Shown here piece after piece: positions 10,404 through 23,986 of a stretch of 64,000 bases of DNA (positions are counted from its first letter, which is position 1; every line of letters starts with the position of its first letter). The notes beneath the pieces are model-generated. The model saw nothing but the letters and a program-made list of their open reading frames with translations. It was not told the DNA's origin and ran no database searches. Origin of the DNA: Craspedostauros australis (taxonomy: Eukaryota); assembly GCA_030167865.1 (NCBI GenBank), contig JALAGF010004545.1:1-64000 (forward strand). The letters run 5' to 3'. Made by a program: the position numbers and the translations under genes.

Positions 10404-13400
10404 GCTCAGTTCTCGATTCTCAGATGTAAAAGTTCGTGGCGGTCTCTCGTTGCTTTCTCGATGCTTTCTGGAGTATTATTAGTATGGTGTGGTGTGGTGT
10501 GGTAGGCTATGTCACTCTTGTTGCTTGCGCTCGGCCTTTGCTACGCTGCCTGAGTGTTGGTGCAGTTGGAAAGGAGGATTGGATGTCCCGGAGAGTACTT
10601 GTATGTGCAGCAGCTGTGCTGTGTGGTCCGAGTATGTATGTCTGTGCTCGGTTTGGCGCTCTCGTTGATCTGGTCGTCGATCGCGATCTTCACGGAGTCT
10701 GACAGAATGCCCTCGATTGCAAATGGATGGCAAAGACGAGTGTCGCGATGCCTCTATCTATGTGATGGGTGATGGGTGATGGGTGATGATGGAGGGGCGA
10801 TGCAGGCACCGAAATTGTGATTCAGAGGCGAGAACAAGGACGATGACGAGAGAGAGAGAGTGTGTGTGTGATGCCAGGTGCTTGACGCTGAAGCTGATCG
10901 CAGTGCCGAAGATGGCTGAGAAAATATCAGGGAGTTGGTGTTGATTCCGACTGGTGAGTCAGTCTCGAGATGTTTGCTTCCGCTTTGGTCACAAGAGGCG
11001 ACACAGGTGAGTGACTGCTGGTTGTGGGCTGTTCTGGATGAAACTGCAGCGCGCGACTTCGTGATTCCTGGCGGTGGAGGCTCTCGTGGGTGGTTGTCGC
11101 TGATTGCTGGAGGTGAATTTGTGTGGGTGTGTGTGCTCTGGTGCAGTCACTTTATGATACCTCTGATCGAAATGTTCTGCAAGGTGATGACGATTGTTTC
11201 GCTTTGCCACCCCAGCATGCAAGTACTCCCTGACAACTGGGTGGTAGTGCGCGACGAAATACGACGAAAATCAAGGTGGTGGAGAGCAACAAGGACAAGA
11301 TCAAGAAGCGGATGGCGACAAGGATCGCAGATAGAAAAACGCGCTGACTGTGGTACTACTCGTAGCTCGTCGTATGTACGAGTCAACGACGTTTCCGGTA
11401 ACAGTGCAGTAGTGGCGCCAGCACCAACAACGACAACAACAGCAGCGACATTTCCAAAAGAGCACAACATGTAGCGGTGGTGTGCGGTGAATCTTTCCAA
11501 CACACCCCCGCTGCGTTCCTGCGCAAGGATGTGACTTGTGCACAACTAATCGCTACGCAACACAAGAAGAACGAATGCCGCGACAAGCCCCCAAAACAGG
11601 CACAATGCGACACGGACAAAAACGCGATGTCTCTTGGAAGCGTTGTTGATCTCATGAAGAGTACTTCTTTGTACAGGGAGGCTGGCGCGTTGGCTTCAAC
11701 CACACAGACAGATAACGCATCCGCATATAAGCCCGTCCAGACATCACGCACATATAGAGGTTGAAAATCGTTCGTGAACACAAACAAGCAAAAACTCCGA
11801 TTACCAAGCCAACTGCCTGAGAACAGAAGAGAACTTTCCCTCCACGTACTCTCAGCGTGGACGGACAGGTCGGGTCACAGATCCAACAACACGAGTCATG
11901 AAGTCGCTATTCCACAACCTGAAACCGCAGCCGTGTGCAAAGCACGTCTTGGGTTCACACATTCAGTACCGATCCATACAAGTTGGCATCGTCTGTCCTT
12001 GGTCAGGAAAGTTCGGATTGGTGACATCGGAAATGTCAACGTGATCAGCCCACGGACATAATTGCCCTCTCGCCAACGAAGCCTTTTGTTTCCATCTGTC
12101 CCGCTCTGTTGTTCTCACAATTTCAACAAGCTCTCATCAGCCTTTGTTGTCGTCGACGTCGACATCCACGTCGATGATGTGCAATGTAATTGTTCCTTGG
12201 TGATCCTCGGTGTGCCTCATTGTGTCTTGTTCTTGTTCTTCCTCTTGTTCTTGTGGTCGTCCTCGTGCTTGTTCTTCTGGTTTGTTACGGGTGTCCTCAC
12301 AGTGACATATGAGTATATATGGTGCCGCATCGAAAGGCTTTCAAACTCTACAAGGCGGCTGCTGCCACCACTTCAAACGGCATCACCATCAATCAATCAG
12401 CAAAGCACGAATACAGGTATGTGACAGAACGAGCACGAAAACATGCACTGGTCCATGTCGCTCTACTCTGCCCACACAATTACTCTCCTCCGTTTCCTCT
12501 TGTCTGTGCGAACCGCGAAGAGCACTCTTGTGGTGTTATCCTCTTTCTTGGTATCGGTACCAGCATTTTGCTGGAACCGTTGTCGTCGCTCCAGGTATTG
12601 CCAACGCGTTTCGAATTCAGGATTGTTGGCCTTTGAGGCTGTCCCGTGCTACCATGTTGAGCAAGCCTGCGCATTGTTTGCAAAGAACATTCACAAAGCG
12701 GAATGCTCTGCTCTACCTCTGGAACGCAACCCAGAAAGATCTGCGACCGGAACCTGTCTTGTTTCCGACGATTGGTCCTCCGCCCATACGAGTTCAAGGG
12801 ACGTCAGGTAATGAATAGCAGCTCTACTGGTCGTAGGATGCGGCCACTCCGATGGAGACAGGACCAACTCGGATGTCGGATCCTCACATGTGATCTCCAG
12901 CATTTGCGTCGTGCCATCACACCATACGCCGTACTTGAAGCCAACATGGTACAAGCCTGCACGCTGGCTTCGCGTCATACCGTGCGCTTTGGCGAACGCA
13001 AGCTGTTTTGTGCGTTTGGGGTTTGGACAGGGTGGGCGTGGACGATTCGTTCGCTTGTGGTGAACGGTGACCATTTGTACTCGTGCAAACTAAAGCGTCA
13101 GGGACAGGTACAAGTAGAAGGACAACGGTTCTTCCTGCCACAAGCAGAGGTGGCGAAATGAAATGGGACCATAAGTCAAAACAGCAACATCATCCCATCT
13201 TGTCTTGAGGTGCAATATCCGTACCAGCACGAAGGTTAATCATTGATGATCCAACTTCGCTCCTTAGCCGCTGCCTCCTCTTGGGCTATAGTGTCGGTCC
13301 GAATGGAAACAGAATATCAACGTGCAAATGAGAACTCGCGCGATATCATGCACGAAGATGGTTGGGAGAATCTCATCGCGAATGTCCGTGGAGGGGACTC

Positions 13401-13655
13401 AGGGCACTTTGAGCGCCACGAGAGCCATCAAAGGCGCCAACGACAGGCGAATTTGACGGAAGCGAAGATGTCGCGCAATGTCACATGACTTGTGTTTGGA
13501 TCAGCAAGATCGTCCAACATCACATGATTTTGGCGCAGGATGTGCGAGCAAGAGTGTGGACTTGGATGAGAGCAGGATGCAGATAGAGTAACCTGGACGA
13601 TCGTGTTCCCAACAAGGCGTGCTACGCGGTGATACGAGGCAGGGTACGGGCGCGC

Positions 13656-13657
<2 letters not shown>

Positions 13658-13711
<54 letters not shown>
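13658..13711. repeat. (GT)27 microsatellite
   Basis: Perfect dinucleotide run read directly. Confidence 0.97.
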
Positions 13712-13713
<2 letters not shown>

Positions 13714-16700
13714 ACGCTACGTTACGATACGTCGCGTTCAGGCCATGAGATGGGACGGGTACCAAAGGGCTCTGTTCTCTTGGATTGGTGGTTGGACTAC
13801 AGGGAACAGCGCCGTTGCGTTTTGCTCCAGACACGCCCCCTCATGTTCCTCGCTCACACAACAATGTCGCTGGGGCACGGTTGGAATGTCATGTGGGAGT
13901 ATGGGAGGCAAAGGCGGAGTCACCTTGTCGATGCTTGCATTCGCTCGGATCTGCTCTCTTCAAACAAGAAGCGAAACGCGCTGGACCAATCCCGTAAGTT
14001 GCATTTTGTGAGATTGGCAATCGTGGAAGCGTTGCAATTGCAAAGGGTGACATACATGATGGGGACCACGATCACGACGACGACGACGGCTGCGGCGATG
14101 TTCTCTTGTGCGATTCGCCCTCGTCGCACGTGCTTCAAGTTTGTAATTGCATGACGACGAAGCAAAGCTTGTACGCGGACTGCAGAGCAATTGGCGCCCA
14201 CGACCGCAACCGCAAAATGTGTCTCAACAACCAACACAAAGCAACGCGACACGACAGCTTACAACAGCCAATCACAGCGTGCAGCATCACGCCAAAACCT
14301 GTGCAGTTTCAATCTCGGGCAAGGATCAATCGGCATCACCGAACTTCCTTTGGTGTTGTGGGGAAGACGAGATGGTGCGGAGATCGTTGACTTTGCTCGA
14401 TGCAAGGAGCAAATGAAAGTGCAATGCCATTCATCCTCGTACCATGCGATGTTGTCTCATCGCATGGCGAATCTCGGCTCAGCCCAGTTCCTGGACAAGC
14501 CATCTGCGGATAAGTCCAGTTCTGTCCAACTGGGGAGAACAGAGCACAGAAGAGGACTTGCGCTGCGATTGCCTCACATCTCGTGGTTGCTCTTTCCAGT
14601 GACAATGGAGTATACCTTGTCTATAACACCATTCTTGCCTTGGTGTAGAAACCAGACTCATTCCGATGGAGTCTCTGTGCGCGGTCCACCAAGTCACTCT
14701 GCTCCATTCTCTGGAGAATACTGTAGCAGGAACCCATAACACATCGTCATTTCCACGAGTATGTCCACCAGTTGAGGAATAGTCTAGTATTCGAATGTCT
14801 CGTGTTGCATCACAAAATAATATTACGGAATATCCATGTTCTGTTCTGCGCTGTTCCATCCCATCTTGTTATGATTCGGATAGAGTGGTCGATGTTGTGG
14901 AAGTTCATGCCGACTCAATCGCAAGTTGCTCCACACATATCCAGACAATACGACTAGCATTGGGGGACGTGCCATTCCTCTCCACGAGTGCTATGGATCG
15001 TACTCGGTGGTGGGTCACCTTCGCTTGGATCTAGTATATGTATGCACCGTGCACAGACTGGAGTACTCCAAGCAACCCCATGCAACTCCGTGCGCCGATC
15101 GTTCAAGTGCAACACATGTAGGACAGGCACGTAGGTGCATCCGTTCTGTTATATTACATATTCTAGTATTCTATTGTTATGATAGCAGGACTCTCACAAG
15201 AACCGAGCCACATCATCTCTTCCCCGCAAGGTGCAGCGGGCAACATCAAATGAGACAGAGTCTATGGTGGAAAGAGGAAGGAGATAACAAATCAAAGTCA
15301 CATCTGAGATATGCCTCTGGGATACGGAGAGACATAATCTTTGGAGAGAAGAGGCACACCTCCAACATCAGTTCGAGGTTCCTTCAGCATGTTGAATTCA
15401 CTGAGTTCTTCGTCCAACCTTGCAACGCGTGGAAGAGGATCGAATCGATGATTGGGAAGAGCTTCCAAAATGGCGAATAAGAAAGGGCAGCGATCTCACC
15501 GCAGGGGGCATGGGGTGCTCCTGTGGTAAATCGGGAGACGTGCCGTGGAATGCTGCAAACAGGATGGCCGGATCCAGGGGCTTGTTCACTTCGGTTGGGG
15601 TATCGATGGATGAGAATCTACGATGCGCGTGCTTGAGGGCAACCGGCGTCCTCCGCTTTCATGCCATGCAGCACATCGCATCAACATGAATGAATATACT
15701 AGAATATTGGCAACTCTACCGTATATCCACACCACGGCACAACAATATCCCGCATGTAGTAGGTCCTTATTTTGCCTTTGGTTTTCACATTGTTGTATCG
15801 GGCAAATAGTAAACGGACCGTATCCAGGACGTGTTTAAACGAACCAGATTGTTCTTTAGAAATATATAATAGTGTGTCCCTTTACATGAGAAATACATGG
15901 ATTGGGCAGTTAACAGCCTTTTGATAGGCCTATTGTAACGGTTGATCGAGAGAGAGGCGCAGACGGCAACAGTGTCTGTTCGACAACACGGGTCGCGTAG
16001 GCCAGGGGAGCAAAGCGACCCAACAGGAGAACGGCATGCGACAAGGACCAGCCACCACAACCCAATCAACCGTCGACCAAACAAACCGCCTGTCTGATCA
16101 TTCGCCTTCTGATGTTGGTCCCGAAGGAGTGTCGCTCCACCCTACTCCACTCGTACATGTCCAACGCTCCGCCGTTTCGTTGTCATTCGAGTCCCCACCA
16201 AAGGAGCAACACTCGCGTGAGACGGCGAGCTACCCTACCGTACTCTACCTGGCAGTGCGGCATCGCGCGTGCGGGTGCAGCTACCTTCTGGGGAAGCTTC
16301 CTCACACCACCTTGTTGTTCCGCCACCTGCTACGTCACGCGCTGTTCTTCAGGAGTGCTCAAACCGCAGCCACATTTGCAGCAATGACAGATGTGCCGCA
16401 TTTCCAGCCGGTTCTGCAGTACTTCCCCTGTGAATGTTCATGTCATAGTTGACCCTGGGTTCCTTCCAGTTTGGAAAGAGGCAAGACCACACCAATCTCG
16501 AACCGCCGCTCTCTCTCTCTCTCTCTGGAGACGAAGAGCAAACAGATCTCGTTCGCAATCGTCATCGCTGGTTTCTGAGGCGCAGAGGACAAAGAGCGCG
16601 CATAGTCTATTTGATGCGTCACTAGGTCGTATTCCATGGTGAGAGCATTGAGCAATTGAATCAGACAACCAAGGGCAGATACTACTGTTTATGTTTTGCT

Positions 16701-18365
16701 GGACTCATGATTTGCCATCCCTGCTCTTGAGCGCACGGCGAGCTATTACGTGATGCAGGTACACCAATGGGCAAACCATGACATGTGGTACAACATTGGT
16801 CCTACACGCAGATATACAGCATGGTACGAGTGTGACCAGGGGGAGGATGGGCCGTCCGCCTCCGCCAGGAGCACAGGCAATGGCAATGAGGTGGATTCGA
16901 TTGGTGTCAATAGCACACCAAACCTCGATTCAATCGATGGTCTGTGGCACAAAACGGCAGGGGTGGGCTCACCGTTACTGCCGCTCCTGCAAGCTGCTCT
17001 GGCCGCAGCGCCGCCACTGCTACTCCTACCCCTGTGATACAATCCCATTCCCGTGCCGCCTATAGCGCCAGACTCTCTCCAATACGAGCGCGACAGGTTT
17101 CTCGTACTTCCGTACTCCCCGAGCCAGGGTGCAGCGATGGGTACAAAAACGACAGCGCAAAAAAGGCATTCCCGCATTCTTCCTTGACACAAACATGTGT
17201 ATCCTGGCGGCTACATACTCGTACCTGCGGCGCAGTTGCTGCAGTCGCCGGGCTGCTCTTTGTGCGCCCGATACGGAATTAAAAACCGCGACAACAGCTA
17301 CCATGGACTGCAGCAATTCCATTACTCTGGTTTGCCAATTCGCTTCCTGGGGCCGCTGCGAAGAACATCGATAGTGCAACAGAACAAGCGCACGCCAACC
17401 GTCACGGCCATCATCTTCTACCTTTCGCGGAGAGGCATTCGACTATCCTTGGCGATCTTGGGTGCATTTGGGCCTGTCTCTGGAATGTCTTGTGATAAAT
17501 ACTGCATTGAATCAGGGAACAAATTCGCTATTTCAGCGGTCTTGCCGCATCACTACCAACGATCTAAGCGCAATTCACTCGTCATGTTGTTCTGCGGCTA
17601 CCAACACAGAATGGTTTCGTCTCACATTTTGGCGACTGCATCACACACTACAAATGCGCCATCGCGAAATGGCAACGAATTCGTGACAAACGAGATCCAA
17701 CGTCGCGAGCACCTCTGATTTTTGGTACCTGATCGTTTGGATCTGTCGAGGGGGCCCTTGGGTTGTTCGTCTCAGCGACGCATCTGCGCTTCCCATCCGC
17801 AGAGAGGGAGCGACTCCAACCAGCCGCAAGAGTGTTGGTGGTGTTTGGCACAAGGTGTCTATCACACACACGAACACAAGTACAAACACGAGTGAAAGTA
17901 CCCACACAGTGCGCCATTTTACACACACACGCACCCAAAAGGGGACTGCGTGGACACACGACGCACTCCCGAACAGACAAGCATCCTGTTGATTCCGCGC
18001 GGACAGCACCCAACGCGCTGGCTGCCTCGCCGCCGTGCCTCCGCCTCCGGATTGGAGACGTTGCCAGGTGGATGCGTCCCAAGCTCAACGCGGCGCACCA
18101 TACTTCGCCGCCCACAAGAGACGTGACTTCGATTTGTGTGCAGCATTTGCTCAAAACAAAGATCTTTCAGTAGACGAGCTCATAATAACAACCTCGAGAA
18201 CAGCAGCAGCAACAACAACAACAAATCTACCATTATCATACGTCCAATTCTGCTCACAACTCTACCATCTCACAAGAAAACGAGTCCATTGTCCAGAAGA
18301 GCAGACGACACCAGCAACACAAGGCAGTACAAAAGCAAGCCCACACGACACGAGGAGACATATTC

Positions 18366-18437
18366 CAGCATACTCCACAGCATACTCCACTGCATACTCC
18401 ACAGCATACTCCACAGCATACTCCGCAGCATACTCGT
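18366..18437 (+). repeat. 12-bp tandem repeat (CAGCATACTCCA) x6 just upstream of the HSF-B ATG
   Basis: Six consecutive units with 0-2 mismatches each, ending 19 nt before ATG 18457. Confidence 0.92.
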
Positions 18438-18456
18438 TGCCCTGAACAAATTTGCC

Positions 18457-19857
18457 ATGTCCCGAAGCACCACCCACGCCAACAGCACCGATCCTGGATC
18501 GCTGCCAACACCGCAAGACGGAGCATTCCCATGGAGGCTCCATGACCTGCTCGAGGCTGCGGACGCAAAGGGCTTTGATGACATCATCAGCTGGCTCCCG
18601 GACAGCAACAAGTCGTTCCAAGTCCACGACATCAAGGCGTTCGAAGCCAACATCATTCCAAAGTACATGTCCTCCATGTCCAAGTACAAGTCCTTCATCC
18701 GCCAGCTCAACCTGTACTGCTTCGAACGCCAGACGCAGGGGCCAGATCGCGGCTCCTATAGCCATCCGCTGTTCGTTCGTGACAAGAAGCATCTTTGCAA
18801 CACGATGTCGCTGACGAAGTTCAAGGGTGGCCCCAAACGGGGTGGCTCCGCACCGTCCCCGCGTACCAAGAAAAGCCAAGGCCAATGCCAGCGCAAGGGC
18901 GCAGCCGCACGCACAGGCACAGGCACACCTGCAAGCAAGAATGCCAAAGCCAAGAGCAGCACGAGCGCCATCACGACTGCATCCACCAGGAGGAAGAAGC
19001 AGGTCAAGCGTAGGACCAAATCAGCCCAACTACGAATGGCAAAGAAGGGGCATCGAGCATCGCTGGCATCACCATCGGCCCAACTGTCGAAAAGGACAGC
19101 CGTGACAAAGACAAGAACAGCTAAAAGCACGAAGAAGGGTAGGCGGCGCACTGACAAACCAATCGATGCTGCTGATGCTGCAGACACAAAAGCAATCATC
19201 GTTGTCAGTCCTGACCAATCCCCCAGCACAGAACGATGGGTGACGAAGGAGGGAGGGGACATGATGCGAAGAATCTCCATTGTCAGCCTCGGGCCTGCGA
19301 TCGAACAACATCACTACGCAAGATCACTCCGCGAGGCAACTTATCTCCCGGCAATAGAGCCATACATCTGCCCCTCCTTCTTGAGCGATGCCAGTGACCA
19401 CAGTGACACTGTGCCAGACGAAGGGATCGAAAGAATACAGGCGATCCTGGGATCTTGCGAGGACACACTTTATCTGAACTTTGATCAAGTTGCAGAAGAT
19501 CACGATAGCGAGTTCCAGCAGCAGCAGCAGCAGCCGCAGCGGCGGCAAGAGGACTGGCTTGCATCACCGTTTGACTCAGCGTGCGTCGCTACAACCAGCC
19601 CAAACTCTTCGCTCTCATCCGAAATCATTTCACCAACCTACGTGGAAGACGTCACCGCAGACGCAGCACCCGTGTCATCTTACGAGGAGGTGTGCAACAC
19701 ACACGGCTCAGAACTGAGTGATTCTGATTTGCTCATCGAAGATGTTGGGGCGGAGATAGAGGCGGCAATAGCCAAGTCCACATTCTTCGAAGGGCGGCCA
19801 TTCTTCTTGGTGGACCAGGAACAGGGCAAAGGCCAAATCAGAGCTGTAGAGGTGTAG
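18457..19857 (+). CDS. Heat shock factor family transcription factor (HSF-B), 466 aa
   Basis: DNA-binding domain AFPWRLHDLL...IISWLP...SFQVHD...SSMSKYKSFIRQLNLYCFER...YSHPLFVRD at ~18520-18825. First in-frame ATG in GCCATG context. Confidence 0.93.
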   Translation: MSRSTTHANSTDPGSLPTPQDGAFPWRLHDLLEAADAKGFDDIISWLPDSNKSFQVHDIKAFEANIIPKYMSSMSKYKSFIRQLNLYCFERQTQGPDRGSYSHPLFVRDKKHLCNTMSLTKFKGGPKRGGSAPSPRTKKSQGQCQRKGAAARTGTGTPASKNAKAKSSTSAITTASTRRKKQVKRRTKSAQLRMAKKGHRASLASPSAQLSKRTAVTKTRTAKSTKKGRRRTDKPIDAADAADTKAIIVVSPDQSPSTERWVTKEGGDMMRRISIVSLGPAIEQHHYARSLREATYLPAIEPYICPSFLSDASDHSDTVPDEGIERIQAILGSCEDTLYLNFDQVAEDHDSEFQQQQQQPQRRQEDWLASPFDSACVATTSPNSSLSSEIISPTYVEDVTADAAPVSSYEEVCNTHGSELSDSDLLIEDVGAEIEAAIAKSTFFEGRPFFLVDQEQGKGQIRAVEV

Positions 19858-22800
19858 TGTCCCGTCTGCTCCAGGACAAATCGAATGGAATCGAAGCACT
19901 GCGTAGTGCTGTCCTTCCCACGTACGAACAGAGTGCTGCATATACAGGTAGAACAATAAATACACCGGACAATAGCGTTGCACGCGTGTTGGATCTCGAC
20001 AACATCAGGCATTCCATGTACAGCGCCGCGCATGGATGGTACGGCAGAATCGATATCTGTGTGCTCCTGTTCGCACAAGAAGCAGTATTCATGCTACGGG
20101 TATTGGGCTACGATCTTGGATTCCGGCACGGAGATGCGAGTACGAGTAGAGCAAAAGTGTATTGCAATGGTATGTTGAGGGCTGTCCATCCTGTTACTCA
20201 AGAGGAGAGTCCTCTCTTGGCGCATCATGCGCCCCTGGCATGCTGTTAGAAGCATGGCATCAAGGAGCCCAATCGATGGGAACACATGGTTACTCTTCAT
20301 CCTGCCGACTGCGTTACGTGAAAGATGGCGCAACCCTAATGTGAAGCACCCATCGCTCGCGGTGGTCATTCTGTCTCGTACCGTACGTACTGATACTTGT
20401 GGTTGCGTGTCTCAAGTTGCCCACGGATACCTCCTCCAACTCGTGCAGATGCCAATGTACAATACTACGCTTTTACGATGCTGAATGACAGTCGTCCTCC
20501 TTCTCTGGCTCGTGCCGATGCTTTTCTCTCTTGGCTTCATTTGCTTTCCTCGCTGAGAAGGAACTCTTGATCCATCGCAGTATCAGTTCCCTGCGCCACT
20601 CTCACATTCGCCAGAATGCATCCTTTGCGCGCCCCATTTGGACACATTGTGCACATCATTGGCGTTCACAATCTTGTTTGGTGTCACCTCCAGAACTTCA
20701 CATCATTGAAGTGCTCTATTCTGGACCGGAATCGCGTTTTTCGGCGCCTTTGAGTTTCCCACTCGCCGCAACAGGTCCCATTTTGATGTGCTTTTGCTCT
20801 GCCATCCTCTGCCATCCTCTGCCTTCATCATCATCACGCATGAAACCCTATTCATTGAATCCCACCCGCTTCAGTCGACTCGCCAACGTGAGGTTGTCGT
20901 CCAGTCTTGTCCGGTCCTGGCTTGGTGCTGGCTTGGTGCTGGCTTGGTTCAGAAATTGCGGGATGCCCAGAAATGAAGTTTCGTTTCAATGTCGGCTGCA
21001 CCACCTTGCTCGTAGTCGTGTTATTCCAAGCTTCACATGACGCTTTTTACATGTACGCATGGCACACGCGCTTGTGCACGCCACGAGTACCATGCGAGTA
21101 CTCACCCTACATCTCAGAGCTGGGAACGAACCATGGAGCGCTACAGGCATTGGAGCAAGTGTTGCTTCCGCCACAGCCATTCCGCCATCCTGCTCGGCGA
21201 TGCCCCTTCAACTCTCGGGATACATGGTATGAGCAGCCACACCTTCTAATATGGTGGAGCCATGAGCATGAAAGTTCTGCGGACCGCCACTGCCCATTGC
21301 CTTGTATCTTGGCACTGTAGACGAAGCAGAGCACTATTCTTCTCACACGATTTGGGCCGATTTCAAGGCAATGCCAGCATCCATCGCACCTGACGAATGC
21401 AAGTTGCCAGACAAGTTCTCTGCTGGACCTTTGGAGCGACTTTGGAGTGCCCTTGTGTTGCAAGTACACTTGTGTTGCGCCAAACGCTGCACGACGACGG
21501 AGGAAGAAGTTGGGGTTGCACATATTCGTGTCCTGTCGCAGGAGTCGCAAGATTCCTTCTCCGTCGCTCCTGGCCACTAAATGCGGCTCCTGCTTTTCTA
21601 TCACCACCGTGCCTTCTCTGGATCCGTGCGCTCAAATTTGCGCACACAAGCGCCATAACAGGACTACACTGAATATACACGCTATTGCGCTTGGAAGGAG
21701 ACCAGCACTTTCGGTTCCCGTCGGTTGCGTAATACCTTCGCGCCTACGATGTTCCCATGGGCCAATTTGTCTATTTTATCCTACCTACCACAACTGCGAG
21801 TATAGCAGAGCCTGGCATGAGCATGCGTGATTATATTATGTATTATTATGTTCTATCTGAGCGGACAATCTGTCGACCTATTCTACTATTCTATAATATT
21901 TTCAACATAGTATACATACTATTCTAGAATATATAATAGAATAGATTCTATTATTATTAGGATATAAAATGCATTGGTGCTCTGGATACGAATACCAACC
22001 CGTCGTCAGGTACTATTGTTTCATACACCGAATTTCGCTTCAGTGTGACGCGTCATGCAGAACACATCAGGAGGTTCACACACAAGGAGCACGAAGTATG
22101 GGTACATGCGAAGCTAGTATGAACGTGTGTGTACGCCTGATTGTGCGAAACGCTGGTGGAATGTTTGCGCAGCACTTCGTGTCTGCGATAATTGCCAACA
22201 CAAAAACGTGGGTGGAGAAGCCGGATAGCCGTGGGGAGACGGAATCTCCTATCGTGCTCGCTTTTCTTGTGTCATGACTGTCGCTGGAAGAAGGATGGAG
22301 CCGCTTGCTGCTGTCATTGGCGGCGATTGGCTTCTTTGTGCTCTCTTCTCTGGTCGTTGTGACATGGCAGGTTGCATCAATAGTCTTACGCCTCCCCGTT
22401 ACTGTGCACTCACATCTCCTCGTTTTTCTGTGATTTTGCGAAGTGTGACATGGGTCGAAATAGGTGTCCAACAGGTTCGCTTATGTATTGGTATTGAGGT
22501 TGAATAAACGTTTCGGTGCATCTGCGAAAGCGGCATTGTTGTGGCGTGGCAAATAGGTCGTAAAAGGCTTCCATGCCGTGGAAGGGGTGAGGCATGGCGA
22601 GATTTTAAATTCTGTATTTCGGGGCAAACTTCAAGCAGAGCCAGGGCTGAATGGCTATTGTTGGAAGGGATAGGCACTCGGCTGCGACAGCCACCAACAC
22701 AAGTCCAGAGTTCGTCCACGCCAGACACACGCGCATGCGCACGTACACTTTCACATAGGAGTATTTGTCCACGCACTGGTGAGTGTTTACTGTACATGTT

Positions 22801-23864
22801 CGCTCGTACAGCGCTCTACAAGCGAGTATTTGTACGATACCATGCAAACAATCACACTCGCACGCCAGCACCAAACACCAACCTCCACGAGATAACAAAA
22901 ACCGGACGACAACACTACCACTTGCCATACTGGGACCTACGGACGGCACATACCCTCGTGCTCTTTGAGGTTTCATGCCAGTCGCCGCCTGCTCTGTTGA
23001 TTTCGCCCGTCAACCAAGTCCATCAGATTCGGGTATCAGAAGAACACAACGGAACGACACCAAGGTCCATCGCGTACCCAGTTCCCAACAAAGCTGTCGC
23101 CCGCTTGGTTCGACGTTTCGTCACGCCCGTTGCTGTCAGCGCGCAGCATTCACACAAAAACGCCATCCACACTTCGGACAGAGACCCCCGCCTTGATTCA
23201 GAGAGGTGCCTCGATCTGTCACCACTTGTGCGCATGCTCCCACGCACCGACGATTGCCAACTGTACATGGCACCTCGTTCGACAACATTTGAAATCGCGC
23301 ATTGGTAAGCAGGCGTGGACGAGCCGAGTGCTGCTCTACCGTACTCTGCTGCACCCTGCTGCGCCCTGCTCTATTTTATGAATACTCGAAAAGGGCAAGC
23401 ACAGGCCCTGGCGTGATCGGAACGATCAACCTAACCACCAAACAGGATCCGGTCGTCTTCACCTACTCACCATACGATTTGAGACGACAGCAGGAGCCCA
23501 ACAATTCGTGCGAATAGGAGTAGGAGCAGGAGTACGCTCGCACTACGAGTATCACTCGATACTGCCACATTGCAGACCCTGCAACAGACACTCCCTCAAC
23601 AAGCCAGAAGAAGTCAGCCCAGAGCTCTCCTGTCAGTGAGATTGAGCAACCTCGAGAACGAAAGAAGAAGAAGGGCGAGGGCGGGAGGGAGGCACAAACA
23701 CTCTCACACATTCGTTGGAGTACAGCTCTCTTCGTTCCCACAATCAGAGCAACACCTTGTTGAACTCCAGCAGCGTTGACGTCGGCAGGCATTGCAATTT
23801 CCATCGTTGTAATCCCGATCAACAAAGACAGCGCTGCCATCGGCACTACCAACGGCACAGTGCG

Positions 23865-23954
23865 ATGAAGAGGCACAGGGTTTCGTCCCAAACTTCGCAG
23901 GATCAGGAGGAGCAGGACCATCATCCACTGCATCAGGAGGAGCATGAAGACCAA

Positions 23955-23986
<32 letters not shown>

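Noticed and set aside
18366..18437. Tandem repeat considered as a CRISPR-like array
   Set aside because: 12-bp head-to-tail units with no spacers, no cas genes and a eukaryotic context.
21360..21400. Minus-strand SGAMDAGIALK resembling the ClpB GAMDAGNLLK motif
   Set aside because: Short match flanked by stop codons, with no Walker motifs nearby; probably chance.
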